Part shown: positions 8,395 to 18,075 of the stretch, in pieces
How the letters are laid out: the number at the start of each line of letters is the position of its first letter
Numbering within the stretch: the stretch's first letter is position 1
NCBI GenBank assembly: GCA_030620575.1
Contig: JAUXEL010000001.1
Coordinates: 1 to 35,672 of the forward strand
DNA length: 35,672 nt
Origin: Fidelibacterota bacterium
GTDB lineage: Bacteria; Fidelibacterota; Fidelibacteria; Fidelibacterales; Fidelibacteraceae
Direction of reading: 5' to 3'
The notes under the pieces: generated by a model
What the model saw: the letters and a program-made list of their open reading frames with translations, nothing else
Told to the model about the DNA's origin: nothing
The model's database searches: none
Made by a program: the position numbers and the translations under genes

Positions 8395-9972
8395 ATGAAA
8401 TATAAATTTTATTCCATATTTATTTTAATGATCTACGTCTTATTTTTTGTTCATTGCGCGTCTGAAAGTCCTCCGAAAGGCGGACCTCCGGACACGACTC
8501 CGCCTGTCGTTCTTTTTTCTTCTATATCCAGCGGAGCTACCAATGTGAGTCCTGTGCAAACGTTGCGTATTGAATTTTCTGAACCGCTAAATAGCAAAAC
8601 CCTTGCAAAAAATATCATCATCTTCCCGCTGGGAGAGTACGATACGGATATTCGTATGCAGGGTAAAAAGCTCAGTATCATTCCCAATAGCCCCTGGAAG
8701 AAAAATGTTGTCTATACCGTTATTTTAGGAAAAAATATTTCTGACCTGCGCAATAATCAACTTTCCGAGCCCATACATATTAGTTTTACTACCGGCAACT
8801 ATATGCCGCAAAATTCTTTTCATGGCAGTGTTGCGGGTCTGAAAGATAATCTCTCAGCTGTCATTTATATCAGTCGCAAAACGGCATATCCCGATTCCAT
8901 TATTTCTACTCCGGAATATTATACCCAAAGTGGTCCCGATGGCAATTTTTCTTTTGATTATCTCCCGCGTGACACCTTTTATGTTGCCGGATATATTGAC
9001 CTGGATAAAAGCAATAATTACAAGGCTACGTTCGACGGTGTTTGTATTCCCTCAAAAACCTACATTGTCCCGGATACTCTGACGCGGGAATCGCTTACTA
9101 TGCAAGCTGTATACGACAACTTTTTTAACCCCCGATTGCTGCGGGCAGAAAGTATTTATCCCGGTGCAACCCGATTAGAGTTTACTAAAGCTCTGGCGGT
9201 CTGGAATACCCCCGGATCTTTTCAAATAGAAAATGTCCGTATAGATACTATTTTATACGACGAAAAAACCTGTGTTTTATATCATAACGGCATTCAACAA
9301 GATTCCCTAACGCTGTCTCTACATGCTATCCGGGATTATCTGTCCTGCGCGCTGAAAGATACCGTGTTAACAATTTCTGTTACCGCTTTAGCGGATACGC
9401 TGTATCAGTTCGAACAGAAAAATGATCTGCTTTTTATAACTCCGCCACCCGGCGCAACAGAATTAAGCGGACGTTTTGAAGCTCCGTTTGACACTTTGGA
9501 TCTGATATTAAATCAGTTGCATTACGGCATTTATGATATTCCGCCGGCAACTGTTCTTACACGTGGAAAATGGAATATTCGTATGCCTGTATCCGCGGAT
9601 TATTCGAACATAAATACCGATAGCACTTATACTGTGCCGATACAGCGTACGGCAAAGTCTGAATTCGGCGCGGTCATCGGATATATCAATGTTCCTGTAT
9701 CCAAAATATGCCGCATGGTGCTCGAAGACGGTATGCATCGCTATGAAACCACCTGTGAAGAACAGCAATTTAATTTCATGCAGGTATTGCCCGGTAATTA
9801 TACACTCTCATATTATCTTGATATTAATAATAACAAACGGACAGATTTCGGGCGGCCTTTTCCTTATCGCGCACCGGAAATTACCCGTATTCTTGATACG
9901 GAAATACAGGTAAAATCCCGTTGGGATACCGAACTGAGCGAGGTATATAAAATCGATATTGAAAACCAATAA
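8395..9972 (+). CDS. Ig-like (SbsA-type) domain lipoprotein
   Basis: This is a 525-aa ORF with a signal peptide and Cys (FFVHC). The PPDTTPPVV ... IEFSEPLN pattern is typical of SbsA/Big_5 Ig-like N-terminal domains. Confidence 0.55.
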   Translation: MKYKFYSIFILMIYVLFFVHCASESPPKGGPPDTTPPVVLFSSISSGATNVSPVQTLRIEFSEPLNSKTLAKNIIIFPLGEYDTDIRMQGKKLSIIPNSPWKKNVVYTVILGKNISDLRNNQLSEPIHISFTTGNYMPQNSFHGSVAGLKDNLSAVIYISRKTAYPDSIISTPEYYTQSGPDGNFSFDYLPRDTFYVAGYIDLDKSNNYKATFDGVCIPSKTYIVPDTLTRESLTMQAVYDNFFNPRLLRAESIYPGATRLEFTKALAVWNTPGSFQIENVRIDTILYDEKTCVLYHNGIQQDSLTLSLHAIRDYLSCALKDTVLTISVTALADTLYQFEQKNDLLFITPPPGATELSGRFEAPFDTLDLILNQLHYGIYDIPPATVLTRGKWNIRMPVSADYSNINTDSTYTVPIQRTAKSEFGAVIGYINVPVSKICRMVLEDGMHRYETTCEEQQFNFMQVLPGNYTLSYYLDINNNKRTDFGRPFPYRAPEITRILDTEIQVKSRWDTELSEVYKIDIENQ

Positions 9973-10011
9973 TGAATGACATATATTACACGGCGTTAAA
10001 ATAGTGAGGTA

Positions 10012-11091
10012 ATGATGGAACATTATTATAGTGTTATATTGGCCGGCGGTGTTGGAAAACGTTTTTGGCCTTTGAGTAGAAAAAAATATCCCAAACAATT
10101 GCTGGATATTGTAGGTAATAAAAGCATGGTTAACCTGACCATTGATCGCTTGCGTACACTCAGTGATATTGATCATATTTTGATTATGACAAATCAGGAA
10201 CAAGCAAATTTAATTCTGGCGCAAAATGATGATCTAACGCTGGAAAATTTTATCATTGAACCTTCGGGTAAAAATACGGCCCCGGCAATTGGATTGGCAG
10301 CCCTTTACCTTCTTAAGCGAGATCCTGAGGCTATAATGGGTTTGTTTCCCGCGGATCATCTGATTACCAATATTGTTAATTTTACCATGACGGTAAAAGC
10401 CGTGATCGCCGCGGCCGGTAGAGATAAGGCTTTGTTCACTTTTGGTATCGAACCCAGCTATCCCGCAACCGGATATGGATATATCCAAGTGGAAAAAAAC
10501 GAACTTCCGGGTGAACCAAATATATACAGATCAAAAACCTTTGCTGAAAAGCCTAATTTAGAAACTGCCACGCGCTTTCTAAAATCAGGAGAATTTCTAT
10601 GGAATAGTGGTATGTTTGTATGGAAAGCTCAGGTTATTGTTGACAAAATTACAAAGTACCTTCCCGAACTTGGGGCTTGCTTGAAAAATATTGACAAGGT
10701 GATCGGCACCAACAAATATGAACGTGTCATCTCCAAAAAATGGAAAACCATTCAGCCTATTTCCATCGATTACGGTGTACTGGAACAATCCAGCCGTATA
10801 AATGTGATGCGGGCGCAGTTCGACTGGAGTGATGTTGGCAGTTGGAATACGATCTACAAGATTGAGGAAAAAGATAAAAACAAAAATGTAATTCAATCCA
10901 AAGGTATGTTGCTGCGTTCTCACGGAAATTATGTCTACAGTAAAAATTTAAAAATATTCGGTCTGGGCATTAATGATCTTATCATTGTCGAGAATGACGG
11001 TGCTTTGCTTATCCTTCCGCGCTCGGAATCAGAAAATATTAAAGAAATTGTTGATTCTCTGTCGTTCATTGGCGAACAGGAGCTTTTATAG
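10012..11091 (+). CDS. manC: Mannose-1-phosphate guanylyltransferase-type sugar nucleotidyltransferase
   Basis: This is a 359-aa ORF with an N-terminal ILAGGVGKRFWPLSR nucleotidyltransferase motif. It also has the FLWNSGMFVW block typical of ManC/CpsB enzymes. Confidence 0.75.
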   Translation: MMEHYYSVILAGGVGKRFWPLSRKKYPKQLLDIVGNKSMVNLTIDRLRTLSDIDHILIMTNQEQANLILAQNDDLTLENFIIEPSGKNTAPAIGLAALYLLKRDPEAIMGLFPADHLITNIVNFTMTVKAVIAAAGRDKALFTFGIEPSYPATGYGYIQVEKNELPGEPNIYRSKTFAEKPNLETATRFLKSGEFLWNSGMFVWKAQVIVDKITKYLPELGACLKNIDKVIGTNKYERVISKKWKTIQPISIDYGVLEQSSRINVMRAQFDWSDVGSWNTIYKIEEKDKNKNVIQSKGMLLRSHGNYVYSKNLKIFGLGINDLIIVENDGALLILPRSESENIKEIVDSLSFIGEQELL

Positions 11092-11095
11092 GATC

Positions 11096-11350
11096 ATGAA
11101 ACCTAAACGCCTTCTTGAACAGCTCGGTATATTTTTGCGTGCACAAGATTTTGATGTTTTATATGGTGCCGGTGCTTTTTCCGGCGGTCACTGTGTAATT
11201 AACGAAAATCGTGTGATCGTGGTCAATAAGCGCACGCCTGTTGAAGAGCAGCTAAGTATTTTTGTTTCTGTGATTCTGGAACTTAATTTAGATTATTCGG
11301 AATTAAAAAACGAAGTTCAAAATTATATAAAACGGTATATATCGCAATAA
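11096..11350 (+). CDS. Small hypothetical protein (84 aa)
   Basis: The ATG lies 4 nt after the manC stop, in frame with track ORF 10973-11350. Composition looks ordinary and I recognised no family. Confidence 0.4.
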   Translation: MKPKRLLEQLGIFLRAQDFDVLYGAGAFSGGHCVINENRVIVVNKRTPVEEQLSIFVSVILELNLDYSELKNEVQNYIKRYISQ

Positions 11351-11357
11351 ATTGGTT

Positions 11358-12056
11358 TTAGTGTTTTTTTATCAATCGATCCGGATAATTACTAAAGAAT
11401 CCGTCTGCGCCCTCTGATTTTAATGTATTGGCTATTTCGGGATCATCCACTGTCCATACATACACTTTCAAATTATAATTATGAATTTTCTGTATCCAGG
11501 TTGATCGGATTCTATTTGCGTTCAGATGCACCGCAAAAGCACCGAGTACTTTGATACGTTTTCTCAGGCGCCGGGGTTTTTTATTATATAGTAGTGCAGT
11601 GGGTATCTCGGGATAAATTTCATGAAAACGGCGAATCTCCCGGTAGCGCATAGAGGAAACAAAAAAATCGTCCGGTTTCCAGAAACCCGTGCGGATACTG
11701 TTGCGAATGACCTGTGCCGTAGAAACCGCACAGCGTTTGCTTTTCAATTCGACATTGATTACCAGCCGGGCATCCAATAAATCCAATACTTCTTTTAGTG
11801 TGGGAATATGTTCGCCGTTTCCGGCATCTAAGCGCCGGAGACATGCCAGTCTCTTCCTTTTTATTTTTCCGCGTTCCCCGGTAATACGTTTTAAACGCTG
11901 GTCGTGAAATACCACTACTTCGCCGGAACGGCAAATCTGCACATCACATTCGACGGCATCTACCTTCATCTCCACTGCGGCTTTAAAAGCGGTTAGGGTG
12001 TTTTCGGGCGCATGTCCGGATGCGCCCCGATGGGCTATTATCGTTGTTTTACGCAT
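11358..12056 (-). CDS. Glycerophosphodiester phosphodiesterase (GDPD family)
   Basis: It has the IIAHRGASGHAPENT motif and an E-x-D motif (VECDV). I chose the internal ATG at 12056 (MRKTT...), 4 nt after the galE stop. The longer track ORF would overlap galE. Confidence 0.8.
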   Translation of the reverse strand: MRKTTIIAHRGASGHAPENTLTAFKAAVEMKVDAVECDVQICRSGEVVVFHDQRLKRITGERGKIKRKRLACLRRLDAGNGEHIPTLKEVLDLLDARLVINVELKSKRCAVSTAQVIRNSIRTGFWKPDDFFVSSMRYREIRRFHEIYPEIPTALLYNKKPRRLRKRIKVLGAFAVHLNANRIRSTWIQKIHNYNLKVYVWTVDDPEIANTLKSEGADGFFSNYPDRLIKKH

Positions 12057-13071
12057 ATCCGTTGGGGTTTTTTTGTTGCCAGTTCCAAGCATCCCGAACC
12101 ATATCTTCCAGTGTTTTTTTGGCTGTCCATTGCAATATATCCTTTGCCTTTTGGGGGTCGGCAAAAGAACTTGCAGTATCACCGGGACGCCGGGAAACTA
12201 TTTTATAAGGAATAGAAATTCCGTTTGTTTTTTCAAAGGCGCTTACCACATCAAGTACGCTGATACCGTGACCGGTACCTAAATTATATATGGCAACACC
12301 TTTCTGCTTATCCGCAGATTCCAAAGCTTTTACATGTCCGTCAGCTAAATCCATTACATGAATATAATCACGTACACCTGTACCATCCGGAGTCGGATAA
12401 TCATTTCCGAAAATTTTTAATTTTTTCAGGCGTCCGACCGCTACTTGTGAAATAAATGGCATCAGATTGTTGGGAACGCCGTTGGGATCTTCACCGATCA
12501 ATCCGCTGTGATGTGCACCGACCGGATTGAAGTAACGCAGCAAAGTGACTCTCCAATCAGAATCCGCAACGCAAACATCCTGAAGGATTTGTTCTATAAA
12601 TAATTTTGTATGCCCGTAGGGATTCGTTGCGGAAGTTGGCGCGGATTCTTTAAAGGGAACATCATCGCTCATTCCGTACACCGTTGCGGAGGAACTGAAA
12701 ATTATTGTTTTTACTCCGGCTTCCGCCATGACCTCACAAAGTGTAATCGTTCCATAGATGTTATTACGGTAATAATCCAGAGGCTGTTCTACCGACTCGC
12801 CCACCGCTTTAAATCCCGCGAAATGTATCACGGCATCAATATCATGTTCGGCAAATACAGCCGCAAGGGTTTTGCGGTCACAGATATCTACCGGGTACAC
12901 TGTAAGGGTTTCACCGGTGATCTGCTGTACCCGTTCCGGGGCAATTATATTACTGTTGGAAAAATTATCAACAACTACTACCCGATAACCCGCTTCCAGC
13001 AAGCGTATGCAGGTGTGACTGCCAATATACCCGGCTCCGCCGGTAACAAGAATAGTTTGTTGCATAAACAT
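12049..13071 (-). CDS. galE: UDP-glucose 4-epimerase
   Basis: This is a 340-aa ORF with a Rossmann motif ([11 protein letters not shown]), a YxxxK catalytic motif (YGHTK) and end-to-end GalE-like sequence. Confidence 0.9.
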   Translation of the reverse strand: MFMQQTILVTGGAGYIGSHTCIRLLEAGYRVVVVDNFSNSNIIAPERVQQITGETLTVYPVDICDRKTLAAVFAEHDIDAVIHFAGFKAVGESVEQPLDYYRNNIYGTITLCEVMAEAGVKTIIFSSSATVYGMSDDVPFKESAPTSATNPYGHTKLFIEQILQDVCVADSDWRVTLLRYFNPVGAHHSGLIGEDPNGVPNNLMPFISQVAVGRLKKLKIFGNDYPTPDGTGVRDYIHVMDLADGHVKALESADKQKGVAIYNLGTGHGISVLDVVSAFEKTNGISIPYKIVSRRPGDTASSFADPQKAKDILQWTAKKTLEDMVRDAWNWQQKNPNGYA

Positions 13072-13173
13072 TCCTTTAATTTATACACAAAAATATTGGT
13101 TTCTCTGCCGGAAAGCAACCGATTTTGTTTTAACCTCTTGATACCGTCTGCATTAATATTTTGCTGTAAAACA

Positions 13174-13189
13174 TGTGATCTTCGTCACA
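13174..13189. promoter_or_regulatory. Perfect CRP/FNR-family-type palindrome TGTGA-TCTTCG-TCACA
   Basis: It was read directly from the sequence. It lies in the divergent galE/comM intergenic region, 63 nt upstream of the comM ATG. Confidence 0.35.
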
Positions 13190-13251
13190 GTCACGACTCT
13201 TCTGTCTTGTCTTATCTGAATTATGCTTACATTGCGGATTGGGGGACAAAT

Positions 13252-14784
13252 ATGATTTCACGATGTTATTCCGCGGGTTTACATGGCATTCATGCCTATG
13301 AGGTGACTATCGAGACACGCTTAGATCGTAGTTTGCCAAAATATTTTATTGTCGGGCTGGCAGAAAAAGCTGTAAAAGAAAGTTATTCCCGTTTAGCTTC
13401 TGCCATAAAATCTTCCGGTTTTCGTATGCCCGGATGCAAGATCACTCAGAATCTGGCACCGGCAGATATACCCAAGGAAGGAACCGGATTTGATCTGTCA
13501 CTCGCTATCGGCGTACTGGCTGCCAGTGGAGATATTGATACTTCCGGTCTGGGTAATATGATCTTCATCGGGGAGCTTGCGTTGGATGGACATGTGCGTC
13601 CCTCGAAAGGCATTCTTCCCATTGCTCTGGGTATGAAACATTTCAAGCAGAAACATTTGATAGTAGCAACAGCCAATGCCAAGGAAGCTACTATGCCGGG
13701 CTATAGTACCGTTTGGGGTGTTGAAACTCTGCGTGACGTAGTTGATATCATTAATGATTGCAGTAATCTGACACCCACAACAGTGGATGTAGAAAGTTAT
13801 TTTCAACTTCCCCCGTCATCGGGTGTGGATTTCTCGGAAGTAAAAGGACAGGCTCATGTCAAACGCGCACTGGAGGTAGCAGCAGCCGGGGGACATAATA
13901 TTGTATTGATCGGACCGCCGGGATCCGGGAAGTCCATGCTGGCAAAGCGATTCCCCAGTATTCTTCCAAATCTAACGCTCCAGGAAGCACTGGAAACCAC
14001 AGCGGTCCATTCCGTGTACGAAGATATCTCAGATATCAGCCTTATTACTCAGCGCCCTTTTCGTTCACCACATCATACTGTCAGTGATAGTGCATTAGTG
14101 GGTGGCGGCAGAATTCCCCGACCCGGTGAAGTGAGCCTGGCTCACAATGGGGTCCTTTTTCTCGATGAATTTCCCGAGTTTAAGAAAAACGTCCTTGAGG
14201 TCCTGCGCCAGCCGCTTGAAGACGGGCAGGTTACCATCAGTCGAACATTGGCCTCTCTTACTTACCCGGCAAAATTTATGCTTATTGCCGCCATGAATCC
14301 TTGCCCCTGTGGTTATGCTACAGACCCGCAGCATGACTGTACTTGCAGTGTGGGTCAAATACAGCATTATCTTAGCAGGATTTCAGGTCCCCTGCTTGAT
14401 CGAATTGATATTCACGTAGATGTTCCGCCGGTCAGTTACGAGGAGATTAGTGACAGGGAAGACAGTGAGGCTTCGGAAAATATACGTGCACGTGTTTTAA
14501 TCGCACGAAAAATTCAAACACAGCGTTTTATCCGTCATCCGCAGGTACACTGCAATGCCCATATGGGTTCTCGGGATATTAAACGCTATTGCGATTTATC
14601 TGCAGAAAGCCGACAGCTTTTGAAAATAGCTATTGTGCGATTGGGATTAAGTGCCCGTGCCTACACGCGTATCCTGAAAGTGGCTCGGACCATTGCCGAT
14701 CTGAATCAAAAAGAAGCCATTCTTTCATCTCACATCAGTGAAGCTATTCATTATCGAAATTTGGACCGGCAAACGGGAATATAA
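13252..14784 (+). CDS. comM: YifB/ComM family Mg-chelatase-like AAA+ ATPase
   Basis: The 510-aa product begins MISRCYS. It has an N-terminal Lon-like domain, a Walker A motif (GPPGSGKS), the LFLDEFPEF block and the C-terminal region HISEAIHYR. The upstream part of track ORF 12610-14784 is antisense to galE. Confidence 0.85.
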   Translation: MISRCYSAGLHGIHAYEVTIETRLDRSLPKYFIVGLAEKAVKESYSRLASAIKSSGFRMPGCKITQNLAPADIPKEGTGFDLSLAIGVLAASGDIDTSGLGNMIFIGELALDGHVRPSKGILPIALGMKHFKQKHLIVATANAKEATMPGYSTVWGVETLRDVVDIINDCSNLTPTTVDVESYFQLPPSSGVDFSEVKGQAHVKRALEVAAAGGHNIVLIGPPGSGKSMLAKRFPSILPNLTLQEALETTAVHSVYEDISDISLITQRPFRSPHHTVSDSALVGGGRIPRPGEVSLAHNGVLFLDEFPEFKKNVLEVLRQPLEDGQVTISRTLASLTYPAKFMLIAAMNPCPCGYATDPQHDCTCSVGQIQHYLSRISGPLLDRIDIHVDVPPVSYEEISDREDSEASENIRARVLIARKIQTQRFIRHPQVHCNAHMGSRDIKRYCDLSAESRQLLKIAIVRLGLSARAYTRILKVARTIADLNQKEAILSSHISEAIHYRNLDRQTGI

Positions 14785-14807
14785 ATAATACCCGTTGTGT
14801 GAAACAG

Positions 14808-14836
14808 ATTAGAAAATGGGAATCGCATGCTGTCAA
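14808..14836 (-). promoter_or_regulatory. Second copy of the outward-facing sigma70-like promoter (TTGACA, 17-nt spacer, TCTAAT on the minus strand)
   Basis: The reverse complement matches 333-361 with one change in the -10 hexamer. It points toward the 3' end of comM. Confidence 0.3.
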
Positions 14837-14896
14837 TAACTTTTTTGATGTCATTTCGAACAGTCTTCGTCCTGAATGGTCGGGACTTCCGTCTTC

Positions 14897-14941
14897 GCCC
14901 CGAACCATCGGGGCTATGCCGGACAGGTCGCTCGTCAGGCC
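14897..14941 (-). repeat. Hairpin repeat module C copy (7-bp stem GCCCCGA / TCGGGGC, loop ACCA)
   Basis: The reverse complement aligns with 37-81, and the stem is kept despite substitutions. On the repeat's reverse-complement strand, CGAAGACGGAAG follows the hairpin (plus-strand 14885-14896), as it does downstream of the hairpin in copy 34515-34561. Confidence 0.7.
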
Positions 14942-15141
14942 GGGGCGCAGAAGGGGTCGAGATGACATTATTCATGGGTATTTTTGATAATTTGCGACTT
15001 GAATTTGTGTTTCACACAACGAGTTATGTTTTAATAAGCATCTTGCCTTTTTACTTGAAAATTTCTGTTTTCTGTTTTTAATTCGAACAATTTGTTATTA
15101 CTTTCAACGGTTCTGTAAAAAAATAATTGGAAGGATTAAAT

Positions 15142-15861
15142 ATGAAAAAACCTTTTGAAATCATTATTCTCATGGGACGACCCGCAGCCGGGAAATCTGA
15201 GGTTATTGATTATTTAAAGAAAACCCCGATCCCGGAACGTTTGAAACGTTTTAAGATTAATCAATTTGAAGAAATTGATGATTTTCCTCTCCTCTGGACA
15301 TGGTTTGAAGAAGACGCGATTTTAGAAAAAATTATGGGCAAACCCCGCTTACATTCCGATTCAGACGGGTATTTCCTGCATGATTATATGTGGAATCTTT
15401 TAATTGAGCGTATCTCTTTGGAATACCAAAAAAAGCTACGCGATGAGAATTACACGAAAACTACTACTACTATTATTGAATTCAGCAGAGGCTCGGAACA
15501 TGGTGGGTATGAATCTGCTTTTCGCTCCTTGTCCGATGATATTTTAGAAAAAGCCTGTATTCTTTATATTGATGTCCCCTTTGAAGAATCACTACGCAAA
15601 AATCGCAGACGCTTCAATCCCAACCGTCCGGATTCTATTCTTGAACATGGACTTCCGGATGAAAAACTGGAACGGATGTATAAAGAAATCGATTGGGAAA
15701 CCTTTAAAGGCGATGATCCGGAGTATCTGTATTTTTCTGATCATAAAATTCCTTATGTTGTGTTGCACAACATGCCGGAAGTTACGGACGACACGGAAAA
15801 ACTGGGGCCGGCCTTAGATGTCTGCTTTAATTCTTTATGGAAAATTAAAAACAAAAAATAG
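15142..15861 (+). CDS. P-loop kinase-like ATP-binding protein (possibly 6-phosphofructo-2-kinase-like fold)
   Basis: It has a Walker A motif (GRPAAGKS) near the N-terminus and a basic lid-like RKNRRRF segment. I chose the ATG at 15142, preceded by AAGGA, rather than the TTG at 15127. Confidence 0.5.
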   Translation: MKKPFEIIILMGRPAAGKSEVIDYLKKTPIPERLKRFKINQFEEIDDFPLLWTWFEEDAILEKIMGKPRLHSDSDGYFLHDYMWNLLIERISLEYQKKLRDENYTKTTTTIIEFSRGSEHGGYESAFRSLSDDILEKACILYIDVPFEESLRKNRRRFNPNRPDSILEHGLPDEKLERMYKEIDWETFKGDDPEYLYFSDHKIPYVVLHNMPEVTDDTEKLGPALDVCFNSLWKIKNKK

Positions 15862-16903
15862 CGAGGTTGTTTTGGAAAAAAAATCGTTTAGACAAATTAT
15901 TACCGATAACAGTATTTGGGGATTTGCTTTTGGGTATTTTGCCTGTTATGTTCCTTATAGCCTTTTAACAAAAATTATGAGTAAGGGTCTTTTGCCTTCG
16001 CTTGATGGAAGTGCAATGGCGGGGTTCTCGATTCTGCCTGTAACGGCCATTGCCACTCTGCTTACTATGATCTTAGTTATTAGTATTCTCGGGTGGTGGA
16101 AATATGCTACCCATTCAACGATTCTCGGTATAAGTGTGCCACATCCTACTAAGTGGACTTTTTTATCCGGTTTATTTACTTCATTGATCATCGGAACCAC
16201 CACTCTGGCTTACACTTTTGAAAACGTTAGTATTGTTCTGGCTATGCTGCTTATGCGTGGCGGTGTGCTTATTATCGCCCCAATAGTAGATGCCATGACA
16301 AAACGTTCCGTTCGTTGGTATTCCTGGGCGGGGCTTGTCGGTGCTTTGTCTGCCCTATTAATTGGTTTAACGAATGCCAAAAATTTCCAAATTCCCGTTT
16401 TATTGGCTGTTGTCATTTTCGTGTATTTATTCAGTTATTTCATGCGCTTCCAGTTTATGAGCCGTAATGCAAAATCAGATAAAAAAGAAACTAACCTGCG
16501 TTATTTTGTTGAAGAGCAAATGGTCTCAACGCCCATTCTGGTTCTGTTTCTGCTTGCTTTTGCTTTGTTAAAAGGAGATATCGGCGAAAGTGTTCGTATC
16601 GGTTGGACCATGCACTGGAATCAACCTTATCTTTGGGCGCTACTGTTGATCGGGATGTTTTCACAGGGAACCGGGTTCTTTGGCACTTTGGTCTTTCTTG
16701 ATAAAAGTGAAAATACGTACTGTATTCCGGTTAACCGGTCATCCAGTATTCTCGCAGGTGTGATCGCGGCCTTTTTGCTGGCGCTATTCCCATCTCAAAA
16801 TATGCCACCGCTTACCCAGCTTATCGGTGCCGCTATAATCATTATTTCTATTCTGTTTCTTACAATTCCGCCGATGTTAGAAAAGAAAAAGCAATTAGAA
16901 TAG
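15818..16903 (+). CDS. Polytopic integral membrane protein, family not recognised
   Basis: This is a 361-aa ORF with about ten hydrophobic segments. The ATG at 15818 overlaps the upstream gene by 44 nt. An alternative TTG at 15872, preceded by GAGG, would remove the overlap. Confidence 0.55.
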   Translation: MSALILYGKLKTKNSEVVLEKKSFRQIITDNSIWGFAFGYFACYVPYSLLTKIMSKGLLPSLDGSAMAGFSILPVTAIATLLTMILVISILGWWKYATHSTILGISVPHPTKWTFLSGLFTSLIIGTTTLAYTFENVSIVLAMLLMRGGVLIIAPIVDAMTKRSVRWYSWAGLVGALSALLIGLTNAKNFQIPVLLAVVIFVYLFSYFMRFQFMSRNAKSDKKETNLRYFVEEQMVSTPILVLFLLAFALLKGDIGESVRIGWTMHWNQPYLWALLLIGMFSQGTGFFGTLVFLDKSENTYCIPVNRSSSILAGVIAAFLLALFPSQNMPPLTQLIGAAIIIISILFLTIPPMLEKKKQLE

Positions 16904-17022
16904 CCTGATTATATTTGAAATGCGGGGTTCTGTATTTTTTCATTTTTATGAAACATGTTGTGATTTTATATGTTTATCTATTGCTGACAGTATGTTTTTT
17001 AAAAATTTAAAAAGGATAAGTT

Positions 17023-17871
17023 TTGAATCCTAAACAGTATTTTCGACGGCAAAAACGTAATCGGGCAGGAATCGCCCTTGGTGGTGGCGGCGCACTCGGT
17101 CTCGCTCATCTCGGCGTGCTGAAAGCGCTTGAAGAATACGATATCCGCCCCACCGTGGTCAGCGGGAATAGTGCCGGAGCACTAATCGGCGGCATATATG
17201 TCTCAGGAAAATCTATTCAGGAAATGATCGATCTATCCCAGCAGCTGGGTGATGATATGTTTGATCACATTAAAATGTCCTTGCGCGGTGGACTGGTAAG
17301 CGGAAAACGCGTCTATAATTTATTATTAGATATTTTGGGGAACCAACACATAGAAGATTGCAGCATTCCTTTTTTTGCGGCAACAGTGGATCTGATCAGC
17401 GGGAAAACTTATTATATTAACAAAGGGCGTCTTGCGGATGCTATTCGCGCAAGTATCTCGATCCCCGGCGTGTTCCCGCCTTTTGAATCCAATGGCATGC
17501 ATTTAGTCGACGGTGGGGTACGCGATACAGTCCCGCTGCGTGCTCTAACCCCTTTTCATCTTAAATTGCGCATTGGTGTCAGTTTATTGAAAGCCTCCAT
17601 TAATAATGAATTCCCCGAATATCTGAATATTTCTCCGGATGATCCTCAAAACAATAATGATACACCGGGCATCCTGAAGGCGGTATCACGTTCTATGGCT
17701 ATTTCCGCTACAGAATCGGCCTTTAAAGAAATCAACGCCGGTAAACCGGATTTGGCAATTTATATAGATCTGGGGGATAAAATGAAAATATGGGATTTCA
17801 AACGCCATGAAATGGCTATTGAAGCCGGATACGAACAGACACAGCGGCAACTAAAATCGTTTTTTGGATAA
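17023..17871 (+). CDS. Patatin-like phospholipase
   Basis: It has an oxyanion motif (GGGGALG), a nucleophile elbow (GNSAG) and a catalytic Asp motif (VDGG). The start codon is TTG, preceded by AAAGGA. Confidence 0.85.
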   Translation: MNPKQYFRRQKRNRAGIALGGGGALGLAHLGVLKALEEYDIRPTVVSGNSAGALIGGIYVSGKSIQEMIDLSQQLGDDMFDHIKMSLRGGLVSGKRVYNLLLDILGNQHIEDCSIPFFAATVDLISGKTYYINKGRLADAIRASISIPGVFPPFESNGMHLVDGGVRDTVPLRALTPFHLKLRIGVSLLKASINNEFPEYLNISPDDPQNNNDTPGILKAVSRSMAISATESAFKEINAGKPDLAIYIDLGDKMKIWDFKRHEMAIEAGYEQTQRQLKSFFG

Positions 17872-18075
17872 TAAATATGGTTGTTAAATTTTTTATGGTT
17901 TATATTTCCCTTGGCTTTTTGAAGAAATATTTTATGAAAATAACTTTTTTAGAAGGAGCGGCAATTTCGTCTTGCTGTCGTTAACATAGCAAGCGATCTT
18001 AAATAAAATAATTGATCACTTATCGGCAGGAAGGGAACACTGCCGGCTTTAAAGAAATTACACACAGGAGTTAAT

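Larger units (their letters stand above)
14791..15023 (-). mobile_element. Complete 233-bp MITE-like non-coding element with 16-bp terminal inverted repeats
   Basis: CCCGTTGTGTGAAACA (14791-14806) and TGTTTCACACAACGAG (15008-15023) match at 15/16 positions as inverted repeats. The interior carries the conserved promoter block and module C. The element starts 6 nt after the comM stop. Confidence 0.5.

Noticed and set aside
12057-12182. Longer start for the GDPD gene at 12182
   Set aside because: It would overlap the galE 3' end by 134 nt, and the extra residues have no family resemblance. The ATG at 12056 sits 4 nt after the galE stop.
12610-13251. N-terminal 214-codon extension of the comM ORF
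   Set aside because: It is an open frame antisense to galE plus intergenic DNA. ComM homology begins at the ATG at 13252.
1-15023. Composite transposon or mobile island bounded by the two inverted copies of the MITE-like repeat
   Set aside because: The 14.4 kb between them is purely core housekeeping (dnaE, manC, galE, comM), with no transposase or integrase. The inverted copies are more likely independent insertions. At most they are a substrate for chromosomal inversion, which could be checked with long reads.
14744-15081. Four overlapping 62-84-aa ORFs on both strands
   Set aside because: They are translations of the GC-rich MITE-like element (Arg/Pro/Gly-rich). They are mutually overlapping and have no start context.
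17023-17871. Patatin phospholipase as a CBASS-type defence effector
   Set aside because: There is no cyclic-nucleotide synthase, Cap2/Cap3 or sensor gene adjacent. The neighbours are plsY and a kinase-like/membrane pair. It fits a generic RssA-like patatin.
17877-17984. 35-codon hydrophobic mini-ORF downstream of the patatin gene
   Set aside because: It has no ribosome-binding site and no support beyond being open, so it is too short to call from sequence alone.
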